64,000 bases of DNA from an uncultured Candidatus Saccharibacteria bacterium (GTDB lineage Bacteria > Patescibacteriota > Minisyncoccia > Phycocordibacterales > CAYSCM01): positions 128,001-192,000 of the forward strand of contig CAYSCM010000001.1 in the NCBI GenBank assembly GCA_964429815.1. The letters are read 5' to 3'. Every line of letters starts with the position of its first letter. The stretch's first letter is position 1. Positions 37,262 to 45,820 of this stretch are shown here, piece after piece. The notes under the pieces are model-generated. The model was not told the origin of the DNA. It saw only the letters and a program-made list of their open reading frames with translations, and did no database searches. The position numbers and the translations under genes are program-made.

Positions 37262-37334
37262 GCCCTCGTCGTTCAATGGATAGGACGCAAGCTTGCGGAG
37301 CTTGTAATGTCAGTTCGATTCTGGCCGAGGGCGC
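37262..37334 (+). tRNA. tRNA with anticodon GCG (Arg by anticodon and A20/C35/G36 identity elements); an unusual isoacceptor
   Basis: GCCCTCG-TC-GTTC-AATGGATA-GGAC-G-CAAGC-TTGCGGA-GCTTG-TAAT-GTCAG-TTCGATT-CTGGC-CGAGGGC-G; clean cloverleaf; no CCA encoded. Confidence 0.65.
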
Positions 37335-37549
37335 ACATAGGGATTTTTGCGCCCGGCCAAAATCGAACGGGAAGGGGTCGGGGAACGGGAGTTCCCCGGG
37401 AGGAAAGCAGAGCGAAGCTCGTCGGAAACCATGGGTTTCTGAAGAGCCACCCTGCGGCGAGTGAGATAGCGAAGCGTCTGGCCGAGGGCGCCCATTTCCC
37501 AAGCGCCGCTTTTGTGGCATCATCCCGAGAGCTTAGTGAGGAGAGTTCG

Positions 37550-38152
37550 ATGCTCCGCAAAGCCGTCCCTATGGCGACGGCCGCTGGGCTCGTCGCACTT
37601 CTATCAGCCGCTGAACCCCTAGAGACCACCTACAAAACGCTGACCTACCGGACGTACCGCGTGGATCTTTCCGGTCGTGCAATGGCTCTTACCGAAGAGC
37701 GCTACGAGTTTGTGAGCCGCGACCTAAACGGAAGAACTCGACTGCGTCTCACGGTCCGAAAGCTCCCCGACGGAGAGATCCTCGAGAAAGACATCCCTGT
37801 AGTCACGACCCGCTTCGGCAACCTAGAGCGTCGCGGGGAGCTTCGGTGGAGCCCCTACCGCCCTCGCATCATCGAGCGTGAGTACGACACCCGCATCGAC
37901 TACACGACTCGAATGGGAGCGCAAAAGATGGCTACCGGTCGATCATTCATGCTTTCGTATGGACTGCGCGAAGCCACCTACGCCGGGAAAATCTACAAGG
38001 CCTTCAAGGTGCGCTCCGACATTTTCGAAAATAACGGATCAATGACGCGATACAAGTGCGTGTACGTGTTTGAACTTCGAACTATCGCTTTTTGTCGAGA
38101 ACAGGGCACCGAAGCTGACATTGAAACCCGACTCGAAAAGGTTGAGAACTAA
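37550..38152 (+). CDS. Secreted hypothetical protein
   Basis: Start at the internal Met MLRKAVPMATAAGLVALLSAAEP (signal peptide); the listed longer ORF would run through the tRNA. Confidence 0.6.
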   Translation: MLRKAVPMATAAGLVALLSAAEPLETTYKTLTYRTYRVDLSGRAMALTEERYEFVSRDLNGRTRLRLTVRKLPDGEILEKDIPVVTTRFGNLERRGELRWSPYRPRIIEREYDTRIDYTTRMGAQKMATGRSFMLSYGLREATYAGKIYKAFKVRSDIFENNGSMTRYKCVYVFELRTIAFCREQGTEADIETRLEKVEN

Positions 38153-38229
38153 AAACCGCCCCTGGCTAAAACAAAATCTTCGATTTTGTTTGCCCGATCA
38201 GCGCAGCTGATCTAGGGAGGCGGTTTTTT
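38153..38229. terminator. Compound structured element (outer helix enclosing two hairpins) followed by T6; bidirectional terminator between the + gene and rpsT
   Basis: Hairpins caaaatc/gattttg and gatcagc/gctgatc enclosed by aaaccgcccct...agggaggcggtttttt. Confidence 0.6.
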
Positions 38230-38244
38230 CTTTATGTGGAGTTT

Positions 38245-38511
38245 TTATGTGGAGTTTTTGCGTACCAAGGCGACGAGGCGGCTCTTTTTGCGGGCAGCGG
38301 CACCCGCCTTAATGACGCCACGCTTGGCTGCTTTATCGAGGGCCTGGAAAGCCTCCGGGAGGAGTTTCAGAGCATCGGCAGCTTTTCCGACAGCGACAAG
38401 ACGCCGGACCTCAGTCACGGCATCGTGCATCACGCGCTTGCGGCGCAGGTTGAAAACATACTTGCGCGAAGCATTGCGGATGGCCTTCTTGGCGTTCTTC
38501 GTAATCGGCAT
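38245..38511 (-). CDS. rpsT: 30S ribosomal protein S20
   Basis: MPITKNAKKAIRNASRKYVFNLRRKR...LDKAAKRGVIKAGAAARKKSRL. Confidence 0.9.
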   Translation of the reverse strand: MPITKNAKKAIRNASRKYVFNLRRKRVMHDAVTEVRRLVAVGKAADALKLLPEAFQALDKAAKRGVIKAGAAARKKSRLVALVRKNST

Positions 38512-38585
38512 GGGGAGCACTGTAGCCGAAAACCCGCCATGGCGCAACTACGCCGCAAGCGGGTTCTTTGCGGTATTATTGAGCC

Positions 38586-39164
38586 ATGATCGGCAGATTG
38601 CGCGGCACCGTTTCCGGAGGGACGGAGCGGGGCCTCATACTCGACGTAGGAGGTGTTGGTTATCGCGTCCACACCAACCCCCAAAGCAGCGCAAAGTGGC
38701 GCAAGGAACGCGGTGAGATTGTGCTCTACACCCACCTCGCGGTCCGCGAGGATTCCCTCGACCTCTATGGGTTTGAGACCGAAGAAGAGCTTTCTTTCTT
38801 TGAACTTCTCCTCTCCGTCTCGGGGATTGGGCCCAGGTCGGCGCTCAGCATTCTCGCGGTTGGAGACATTGGCGCGCTGCGAAGGGCAATCGGCGCGGGC
38901 GACACCTCCTACCTCACCAAGATCTCCGGGATCGGCAAAAAAACCGCGGAGCGTATTATTCTTGATCTTCGCGATAAAGCCGGTGGCGGCTCGGCAGAAG
39001 AGGCGGCACAACTGCGCGGCGACGTTGATGTGCTCGAAGCGCTCCGGGCACTGGGGTATGCCGGCAAAGAGGCCCGAGACGCCGTGGTGAAGGTGAGTCG
39101 GGAAGGTATGGATACGAACCAAAAACTCAAGGCGGCCCTGCGCGAGCTCGGCTCCGGCGTATGA
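38586..39164 (+). CDS. ruvA: Holliday junction DNA helicase RuvA
   Basis: MIGRLRGTV...GVGYRVH, HhH LLSVSGIGPRSALSIL. Confidence 0.93.
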   Translation: MIGRLRGTVSGGTERGLILDVGGVGYRVHTNPQSSAKWRKERGEIVLYTHLAVREDSLDLYGFETEEELSFFELLLSVSGIGPRSALSILAVGDIGALRRAIGAGDTSYLTKISGIGKKTAERIILDLRDKAGGGSAEEAAQLRGDVDVLEALRALGYAGKEARDAVVKVSREGMDTNQKLKAALRELGSGV

Positions 39165-40438
39165 GTATCGATTCTTTTCTCAACCTCATTCGACCTCTTA
39201 TCCCGAAGCCGCTCTTTCGCTTGCTCATTTCTCCCTACCACTTTCTTCTCGCGTACGCCGGCGCGCTGAAATATGGCTTTCCCTCAGGCTCTCTTGTCGT
39301 CATCGCGGTCACCGGAACGAAGGGAAAGACGAGCACCACCGAGCTTCTCAATGCCATCCTGGAAGAGGGCGGCGAAAAAACCGCGCTCGCCAACACTATC
39401 CGTTTTAAAGTAGGTACCGATAGCCGTCGCAATCTTTTCAAAATGACGATGCCGGGGCGCTTTTTCCAACAGCGCTTCCTTGCGCAGGCACGCGACGCCG
39501 GGTGCCGCTACGCGATTATGGAAATGAGCTCCGAGGGTGCGCGCCAACATCGCCATCGTTTCATTGATCTCGATGCGCTTATTGTCACCAATCTTGCGCC
39601 GGAGCATATAGAATCCCACGGTTCCTTCGAAGCCTACCGCGCTGCGAAGCTTTCGATCGGGGTACAGCTTGCGGCCTCCCGCAAAAAGCGCCACCTGCTT
39701 GCTCTCAATGCCGATGACGAAAATCTACAACCGTTTTCCAAACTCCCCGGCGTCGAACTACTTCCCTACTCTCTCGGGAAAGTGGTGCCCTACCGCGGCG
39801 ACGATTCCGGAAGTGCATTCACCCTCGAGGGTACGACTATCCTTTCTAAACTCCCCGGTGTCTTTAACATCTACAACATGCTCGGCGCGGCGACACTCGG
39901 GCGCGCACTCGGCGTTCCGCTCGAAACCGTGAAGCACGCCCTTGAGCGTGTCGACACCATCGCCGGCCGTGCCGAGCGCATCGAAGAAGGTCAAACCTTT
40001 CCCGTCATTGTCGACTACGCTCACACACCCGAATCGCTGGAAGCTCTCTACAAAGCATTCGATGGCTATCGGCGCATCTGCGTGTTAGGAAATACCGGCG
40101 GCGGCCGCGACCGCTGGAAGAGACCAAAAATGGCCGCTATTGCGGATTCCTACTGTGACGACATACTCCTCACCAACGAGGATCCCTACGATGAAAATCC
40201 GCGCGCTATTCTTGCGGATATGGAGAGCGGCATCACGAAGCGCACTCCGAAGATCGTACTCGATAGACGCGAAGCGATTGCGGAAGCACTTGCGCTCGCG
40301 AAAAGCGGCGGCGCGAAAAACGCGGTGCTCATTACCGGTAAAGGAACAGATCCCTACATCATGGAAGCTCATGGAAAAAAAACGCCCTGGAGCGACGCCA
40401 GCGTTACCCGCGAAGAACTTAAGAGGTTGCGCGCGTAG
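39161..40438 (+). CDS. Mur ligase family protein (MurE-like core; N-terminal domain absent)
   Basis: VIAVTGTKGKTSTTELL ATP-binding loop, DYAHTPESLEA; start overlaps the ruvA stop. Confidence 0.82.
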   Translation: MSIDSFLNLIRPLIPKPLFRLLISPYHFLLAYAGALKYGFPSGSLVVIAVTGTKGKTSTTELLNAILEEGGEKTALANTIRFKVGTDSRRNLFKMTMPGRFFQQRFLAQARDAGCRYAIMEMSSEGARQHRHRFIDLDALIVTNLAPEHIESHGSFEAYRAAKLSIGVQLAASRKKRHLLALNADDENLQPFSKLPGVELLPYSLGKVVPYRGDDSGSAFTLEGTTILSKLPGVFNIYNMLGAATLGRALGVPLETVKHALERVDTIAGRAERIEEGQTFPVIVDYAHTPESLEALYKAFDGYRRICVLGNTGGGRDRWKRPKMAAIADSYCDDILLTNEDPYDENPRAILADMESGITKRTPKIVLDRREAIAEALALAKSGGAKNAVLITGKGTDPYIMEAHGKKTPWSDASVTREELKRLRA

Positions 40439-40462
40439 AGCCTCTGCGCGTAGCATAGATTC

Positions 40463-41413
40463 ATGGCAGAAGGAGGTGGTGGCAAAGGCGCGGGCAGCGA
40501 TGCACTCTTTGTCATCATGGTGCTGGTCGTCCTCTTTATCGTTTGGGCGGCAAGCGGTGGCATCGAGCGGGCCCGCCAAGACCCCGGCTACTTCTTGAAA
40601 CCTCCAGCGCCGCTCGGCTCCGGCGAGGTCTACGGCAGCTCTCTGACGCAAGGAGTGCACCAAACCGGAGACGCCATTTCTCAGAGCCTCTCGCAAGCGC
40701 AAAGCGAGCTCGGCACAAACATTCCCGTTGGAACACTCTCTCCGTATCACGGTCTCGTCCATCTCACGACCATAAGCGGTGCAGGTAGCTTCGAGCCAGC
40801 GCAGGAATACGTCGAGATCGACTACAACGGGGAGGGTTCACAATCTATACCCGTTACGGGATGGCGCATTGTAAGCGCGGTCAGTAATTTCTCCGCCGTA
40901 CTCCCGCTTGGCACCCGTATCCCCAACTCCGGCGCGCTCTCCTACACGGAGCCCATATACCTGCGCCCGGGAGAACAGGCCTATATCGTGACCGGCCGCT
41001 CGCCCATCGGCTACTCGTTCCTCACCAACAAGTGCGTGCCATACTTCCAGCAGTTCCAGAACTTTTATCCGAGCCTCTTTAATTCCTGCCCCTACCCGAC
41101 AGACGAGCTCCTGCGCTCACAAAACCAAGCCGTCCACACCGACAACGCCTGCTACGACTTTGTCTCGACGCTTTCCTCTTGCCGGATCTATCTCACACCG
41201 CTTGACCCATCGCTCTCCGGAAGCTGCCAGAATTTCGTCGCTAACACGCTCACTTATACCGGCTGCGTGGAGAATCATCGCGCCGATGCCGACTTCTACG
41301 GGCACGACTGGCGAATCTACCTCAATCGTGACCAGTCGCTCTGGCGGGATCGTCGCGAAGTCATTAAACTCCTCGACCAGAACGGCCGCACGGTCGACGT
41401 GTTGACCTACTAA
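40463..41413 (+). CDS. Membrane-anchored Cys-rich hypothetical protein
   Basis: N-terminal TM helix; 8 conserved-looking Cys in the C-terminal half. Confidence 0.65.
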   Translation: MAEGGGGKGAGSDALFVIMVLVVLFIVWAASGGIERARQDPGYFLKPPAPLGSGEVYGSSLTQGVHQTGDAISQSLSQAQSELGTNIPVGTLSPYHGLVHLTTISGAGSFEPAQEYVEIDYNGEGSQSIPVTGWRIVSAVSNFSAVLPLGTRIPNSGALSYTEPIYLRPGEQAYIVTGRSPIGYSFLTNKCVPYFQQFQNFYPSLFNSCPYPTDELLRSQNQAVHTDNACYDFVSTLSSCRIYLTPLDPSLSGSCQNFVANTLTYTGCVENHRADADFYGHDWRIYLNRDQSLWRDRREVIKLLDQNGRTVDVLTY

Positions 41414-41448
41414 CTTTGATTTACTACTTAAAGAGACCTAACGGACGC

Positions 41449-41486
41449 ATACTCAAATTCTAAGCTATAGCTTAGAATTTGAGTAT
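41449..41486. repeat. 38-bp perfect AT-rich palindrome between convergent genes
   Basis: atactcaaattctaagcta|tagcttagaatttgagtat; no flanking T run. Confidence 0.8.
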
Positions 41487-41507
41487 CGAGAAAGCTATAT
41501 TCTCTGG

Positions 41508-41987
41508 CTACACTCCCTGCACGTAAGCAAGAGCGATGCCCGCAGCGACGGAGACGTTGAGCGATTCTTTAGAACCTCGCATAGGGATTTCAGCGAGGAC
41601 GTCGGCACCCTCGAGAAGGTTCTGACTGATTCCCTCGGTCTCGCTGCCGAGTATGAGGAGAATATGTTTGCCCTTTGGCAGAGCCGACACGGAGATCGAG
41701 CCGCTCCCCTGCTCGAGCGCGGCTATGAAAAAACCTTTCGCACGGTACGTGTCGATGACGGGGAGCCCCGCCTCGGTGTGCTCCCACTTCACCGTTTGTT
41801 CGGCGCCGAGGGAAACTTTGGCGAAATCCGCTCGAGCTCTTCCGAAGCGGTCGAGCGGAGTTGGTGTAGTGCCAACGCAGTAGATTCTTAAAACAGCAAA
41901 AGCATCTGCGGTGCGGAAAATTGAGCCGACGTTGTGGACACTTCGGATATTGTCGAGTATCAGCACGGTCTTTCGCCGTTGACTCAT
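41508..41987 (-). CDS. SpoU/TrmH-family RNA 2'-O-methyltransferase
   Basis: KTVLILDNIRSVHNVGSIFRTADAFAV and a SPOUT knot at the C-terminus. Confidence 0.85.
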   Translation of the reverse strand: MSQRRKTVLILDNIRSVHNVGSIFRTADAFAVLRIYCVGTTPTPLDRFGRARADFAKVSLGAEQTVKWEHTEAGLPVIDTYRAKGFFIAALEQGSGSISVSALPKGKHILLILGSETEGISQNLLEGADVLAEIPMRGSKESLNVSVAAGIALAYVQGV

Positions 41988-42249
41988 GGGGGTTGGGCTA
42001 ATAGTATCGAAAAAAGAGATCCTGAGGAGTTGGTAATGGCGAAGGGTGGGCGACGTAGCGACTGGCGCAATGGAAAACGAAAAGACCACGAGGAGTGTGA
42101 GAGGTTCAATCTCAAGCGTAAATCCTTTGAGCGTGGCTGCATCCGGTGCGGGCAAGGTCCCGTGGACCATACCCGCCGATGTGTACGATGTAAAACCCAA
42201 GAATCGAGGCCCGAATAGGGCCTCTTACTTTTTAGGGTATACTTTTCCC

Positions 42250-42651
42250 ATGCTCAACCCATTCCCCTACGTTCTCTCCTTCGGTGCATTCGCACCGCTG
42301 CTTATTCGACTTTCTGTTTCTCTCTTTCTCATGCTTGCCGCACGCCACCTCTGGCAAAATCGGCAGCGCGCAGTCGCGGAACTTCTCCCCAAACTAGGCT
42401 CGCTCGCGTGGCCAAAATTCTATGGCCTCCTCGGTATAGAAGTGGCTGCAGCGCTCTCACTTTTTCTCGGATTCTATACGCAAATCGGTGCCATAGCCGG
42501 TATGGTTGTCTTTCTGGGACTCCCCTACGCATTGAAGCGTTTCCCCTCGCTCTCTCCCTGGACCTACGCGCTTCCGCTTCTTCTTGCGCTCCTCTCTCTG
42601 ACTCTTCTCATAACTGGGGCGGGTATCTACGCCTTCGACTATCCGTTTTAA
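42250..42651 (+). CDS. DoxX-like small membrane protein
   Basis: 133 aa from an internal ATG; 4 TM helices. Confidence 0.6.
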   Translation: MLNPFPYVLSFGAFAPLLIRLSVSLFLMLAARHLWQNRQRAVAELLPKLGSLAWPKFYGLLGIEVAAALSLFLGFYTQIGAIAGMVVFLGLPYALKRFPSLSPWTYALPLLLALLSLTLLITGAGIYAFDYPF

Positions 42652-42655
42652 CAAG

Positions 42656-42729
42656 TCCGCCCGGCAGGACTCGAACCTGCGACCTTCTCCTTAAAAGGGA
42701 GCGGCTCTACCAAACTGAGCTACGGGCGG
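42656..42729 (-). tRNA. tRNA-Lys (anticodon TTT); C1:G72 first pair
   Basis: Reverse complement CCGCCCGTAGCTCAGTTTGGTAGAGCC-GCTCC-CTTTTAA-GGAGA-AGGTC-GCAGGTTCGAGTCCTGC-CGGGCGGA. Confidence 0.82.
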
Positions 42730-42807
42730 ATGTGCGCTCACATTATAGCGAAAGGATGAATTGCTCAAGCGGAAAGGAAGAAACCCCACTTGCGTGGGGC
42801 TTCAAGG

Positions 42808-43437
42808 TTAACCTTCGTTCTCGAATCTCTCTTTAACGAAAGTAAGGAACTGTGAACTTACGACCGTCATGGCGGTCATGAGGCCGTATAAGATTACGAA
42901 GGTTATCACGGTCCAGAATGTTGACAGGGTCCTGCTGAAGATGGTCATCCAAGCGAAATAGAATACCATAACTGCGATGAGCCAGCTGCCAACATCCAAG
43001 TTGCGAAGTGTTATGGGACGAAGCCATTCGCATCGTTCGAAATACTTCGGCTTGCACTGCGCCCGAACATAAAAACGGGTAATGATCGCAGCGATGCCGA
43101 GGGCACTCATGAGAACAAACCACCAGTGTGATAATTCTCCCATTTTCAGTATCGCAGCGTACTCCAAGAAACCTAGCATGTAGGGAAATGCAACATCGGG
43201 GAAACGTGGTGTCGTTCTCATAATGAGTATCCACCAAGAGTATTCCGTTACTACCAGAAGTATTGCACACAATACTGCAAAAGCTTGAAGATAGAGCAAC
43301 ACGGACTCTTTTGTTTCTGCCATCCTCAAGATCAATCCACCAAGAGCGATGCTTTGGATTACTCCAAGCGAGGTGAGGTATGAAGAGGCAAAAAGTTCTT
43401 CAGAACGTCTCCGGAACTCGGCAGCATTTAGGGGCAT
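42808..43437 (-). CDS. Multi-pass membrane protein (paralog A of a tandem pair)
   Basis: MPLNAAEFRRRSEELFASSYL..., 6 TM helices; intact copy. Confidence 0.7.
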   Translation of the reverse strand: MPLNAAEFRRRSEELFASSYLTSLGVIQSIALGGLILRMAETKESVLLYLQAFAVLCAILLVVTEYSWWILIMRTTPRFPDVAFPYMLGFLEYAAILKMGELSHWWFVLMSALGIAAIITRFYVRAQCKPKYFERCEWLRPITLRNLDVGSWLIAVMVFYFAWMTIFSRTLSTFWTVITFVILYGLMTAMTVVSSQFLTFVKERFENEG

Positions 43438-43489
43438 GACAGCCTCCATAGTCGGTTAGAACTTTTCGAAGCGACCTTACCGCAGAATC

Positions 43490-43517
43490 TTGCAAAAATC
43501 AATAAATATGTTATCAT
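43490..43517 (+). promoter_or_regulatory. sigma70-like promoter (TTGCAA-16-TGnTATCAT) for the divergent micro-peptide gene
   Basis: -35/-10 with extended TG; shared 14-mer aaaaatcaataaat in the spacer is repeated at the paralogous locus. Confidence 0.55.
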
Positions 43518-43553
43518 ACTTTCTGGCAAGCTAGATTTTTGAAGGAGACGCAG

Positions 43554-43670
43554 ATGCAAGAAAGCCCTCAAAAGGAACAGGGGTTTTGGGATCGGTGGGG
43601 TACTCTGGTCTTCATCGGTCTACTCTTTGGGACCATGGCTGTAGTCGCGGCAAGCAAGCACTTCGCTTAG
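43554..43670 (+). CDS. Single-TM micro-protein (38 aa)
   Basis: RBS ggaga; MQESPQKEQGFWDRWGTLVFIGLLFGTMAVVAASKHFA; own terminator; paralog of the peptide at 44524. Not in the ORF track (<60 aa). Confidence 0.55.
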   Translation: MQESPQKEQGFWDRWGTLVFIGLLFGTMAVVAASKHFA

Positions 43671-43683
43671 CGTCCCACGAACG

Positions 43684-43719
43684 GGCCCCGATGGTTTTTC
43701 ATTGGGGCCTTTTCTTTTT
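43684..43719 (+). terminator. Rho-independent terminator after the micro-protein gene
   Basis: ggccccgatg-gttttt-cattggggcc then ttttcttttt. Confidence 0.8.
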
Positions 43720-43785
43720 CCTTAAATAGAAAGAATGAAACGCTCAAGCGCGAAAAAATAAGCCCCGCATACGCGGGGCTCGGGT

Positions 43786-44416
43786 TCAGCTTTGGCGTTC
43801 AAATTCTTCCTTAAGCGACCTGAGGAAGTTTGAACTTATGATGGCCATCGAAACCATGAGGCCGTACAGGATGATGAAAGTTGTCACGGTCCAAAACGCT
43901 GACAGTGTTTTGCCAAAGATGGCCATCCATAGAAAATAGAAGGCCATCACAGCTACGAGACCACTGCCAATGTCAAGGTTGCGTAGCGTCAGTGGCCGGA
44001 CCCGGTCGCATTCTTCGAAATATTTTGGTTCGCATTGCCCTCGTACGTAGAAGCGCGTGATGATCGCTATGACGGCTGAGGCGGTCATACTGATATACCA
44101 CAGGGGTTCCTTGCCTATCAGCCAGCGCAATCGACACATACTCAAGGATTCCTAGCAGGTACGGAAAGACCGCGTCGAGAAAACTTGGTGTTTTCCTCAT
44201 AATTATTAGCCACCAAGTATATTCAGTTACCACCAGAAGTATTGCAAGTATTGCGGTCATGCCTTCTAACATGAGAACTGTTGAGGTTGGCGATTCAGCT
44301 ATTTTTAGTACGAGTCCACCAAGGGCGACACTTTGAATTACGCCGATCGAACTGAGATAAGACCCTGCAAACATTTCCTCGGAACGTCTTCTGAATTCCG
44401 CTGCGTTTAAAGGCAT
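43786..44416 (-). pseudogene. Frameshifted paralog B of the membrane protein (split into the 43973..44416 and 43786..44145 ORFs)
   Basis: Both reading frames align to paralog A (N-half MPLNAAEFRRRSEE..., C-half ...ITRFYVR(A/G)QC(K/E)PKYFE...) with a frame break near 44100-44145 caused by extra bases relative to copy A. Confidence 0.6.
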
Positions 44417-44460
44417 CGATACCTCCTTAGATCAGATTCGGGGCAAGTTTACAGGAAATA

Positions 44461-44488
44461 TTGTAAAAATCAATAAATGTGATATAAC
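44461..44488 (+). promoter_or_regulatory. sigma70-like promoter (TTGTAA-16-TGnTATAAC), paralog of the element at 43490
   Basis: Same architecture and the shared aaaaatcaataaat core. Confidence 0.55.
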
Positions 44489-44523
44489 TGGCTTGAAAGT
44501 TCTACTTCTTATTGGAGGTATCC

Positions 44524-44631
44524 ATGGCCCGTGAATCCAAAGGTTTCTGGCAAACCTGGGAAGCTCCTATTGGGGCTGCACTTATGCTCCTGGTACCCGC
44601 CATAGTGTTGGTTCTACTCATCAAATGGTGA
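44524..44631 (+). CDS. Single-TM micro-protein (35 aa), paralog of 43554..43670
   Basis: RBS ggaggt; MARESKGFWQTWEAPIGAALMLLVPAIVLVLLIKW. Confidence 0.55.
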   Translation: MARESKGFWQTWEAPIGAALMLLVPAIVLVLLIKW

Positions 44632-44652
44632 GGAAAACGAAACCAACTCGAA

Positions 44653-44690
44653 GAGGCCCGTCGCTTCAGCTGGGCCTTTTCTTTTTTATT
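44653..44690 (+). terminator. Rho-independent terminator
   Basis: aggccc...gggcct then tttctttttt. Confidence 0.7.
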
Positions 44691-45396
44691 AAATCGATAA
44701 AATAAATTGCTCAAGCGCGACGGGGAGTTCGTGTTCTCCGCGACGAGCGTCGTGGTAGAGGCGGACAAGCTCGTGGGAGAGTGTCAAAAGCTCTTCTCGC
44801 GTGTAATTTTTCGCAAAACTATGTGCTTTTGAAAATACAAACGGCGAAAGCCCGCTCTCTTTGGCATTTTTCGAGGCGCTCGCGAGGAGCATCCCTTTCA
44901 CGATCCAAAAGAGCATTCCGTGAAGCTGCTCCTCCTCGGCGCCGGTTGCCCGCGCCTTTTGATACAAGACCCAGGCATTTTTCCGATCACGGCGACCGAG
45001 GGCGTCAGTGAACGCAAACACGTCAAACGATTCCTTCTTTCCCTTCGGCAACTCAACGATTTCTACTTTTTCTGCATGCCTTTCGATCTTTTTTTTAAGT
45101 TCGGCCTTGGGTTTGCTCTGAAGCACGATAAAAATATTTTCCGACTGCGCAAAATCAGCGATCTTCTCAGCAACAGACCCATCGGCCTCCTCTAAAAGTT
45201 CATCGAGGACAATCACAATTTTGTCGTGAAAGAGGTCCTGCGCACCCGCGTATTCTTCAAGCCTTCCGCTCTCAAGATCCTCGGGGGTTATGCGCACGAT
45301 GGATGGCTCATCGTAGCGACGACTCAGCCCTTCGGTGAGGGTATCGAGTTTTTCGAGCGCTTTCGCACGGTCATTGCCAATAATTGCGTAGAACAT
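44689..45396 (-). CDS. holA: DNA polymerase III delta subunit (HolA)-like
   Basis: MFYAIIGND..., C-terminal ...FAFTDALGRRDRKNAWVLYQKA...MLFWIVKGMLL. Confidence 0.75.
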   Translation of the reverse strand: MFYAIIGNDRAKALEKLDTLTEGLSRRYDEPSIVRITPEDLESGRLEEYAGAQDLFHDKIVIVLDELLEEADGSVAEKIADFAQSENIFIVLQSKPKAELKKKIERHAEKVEIVELPKGKKESFDVFAFTDALGRRDRKNAWVLYQKARATGAEEEQLHGMLFWIVKGMLLASASKNAKESGLSPFVFSKAHSFAKNYTREELLTLSHELVRLYHDARRGEHELPVALEQFILSI

Positions 45397-45397
45397 A

Positions 45398-45820
45398 CTA
45401 GTAGCAAAGATTTATACACTCTTCCAAATCACCAATAAGTGGCAGACCCTTTGCCGCCGTTGGCTTAACCCAGCGAAATGCTTTGTGAGATTTCGGATCG
45501 ATAACAATCTCTTCGGAGGGAGCACGGAGCTTATACATGTGATAGCAAAAATCGTACTCCGGATACGAAACAAAGACTTCCTGTATAAACTGCAGAGCAT
45601 CGCCCGGCACGATCATGCCCGTCTCTTCCTTAAGCTCACGCCTCAGTGCGTCGACGATTGATTCTCCCTTTTCTCGCTTGCCGGCAGGAACGCCCCAGGT
45701 GTTTCCTTGGGGCTTAGTATCCTGCCGCAGGAGGAGTAAAATTTTTCCCCTGTTTTCCACAAAACAAGAGACAACATCAAAGAGAGGGTCGAATGTTTTT
45801 GGTTTTTCTATATAGAGCAT
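45398..45820 (-). CDS. Nudix hydrolase
   Basis: GVPAGKREKGESIVDALRRELKEETGM. Confidence 0.88.
   Translation of the reverse strand: MLYIEKPKTFDPLFDVVSCFVENRGKILLLLRQDTKPQGNTWGVPAGKREKGESIVDALRRELKEETGMIVPGDALQFIQEVFVSYPEYDFCYHMYKLRAPSEEIVIDPKSHKAFRWVKPTAAKGLPLIGDLEECINLCY

Noticed and set aside
28020-37340. Search for an integrase, transposase or att direct repeats bounding the low-GC island
   Set aside because: No recombinase-like ORF, and no duplication of the tRNA 3' end was found at the left boundary. The island is called from composition and gene content only.
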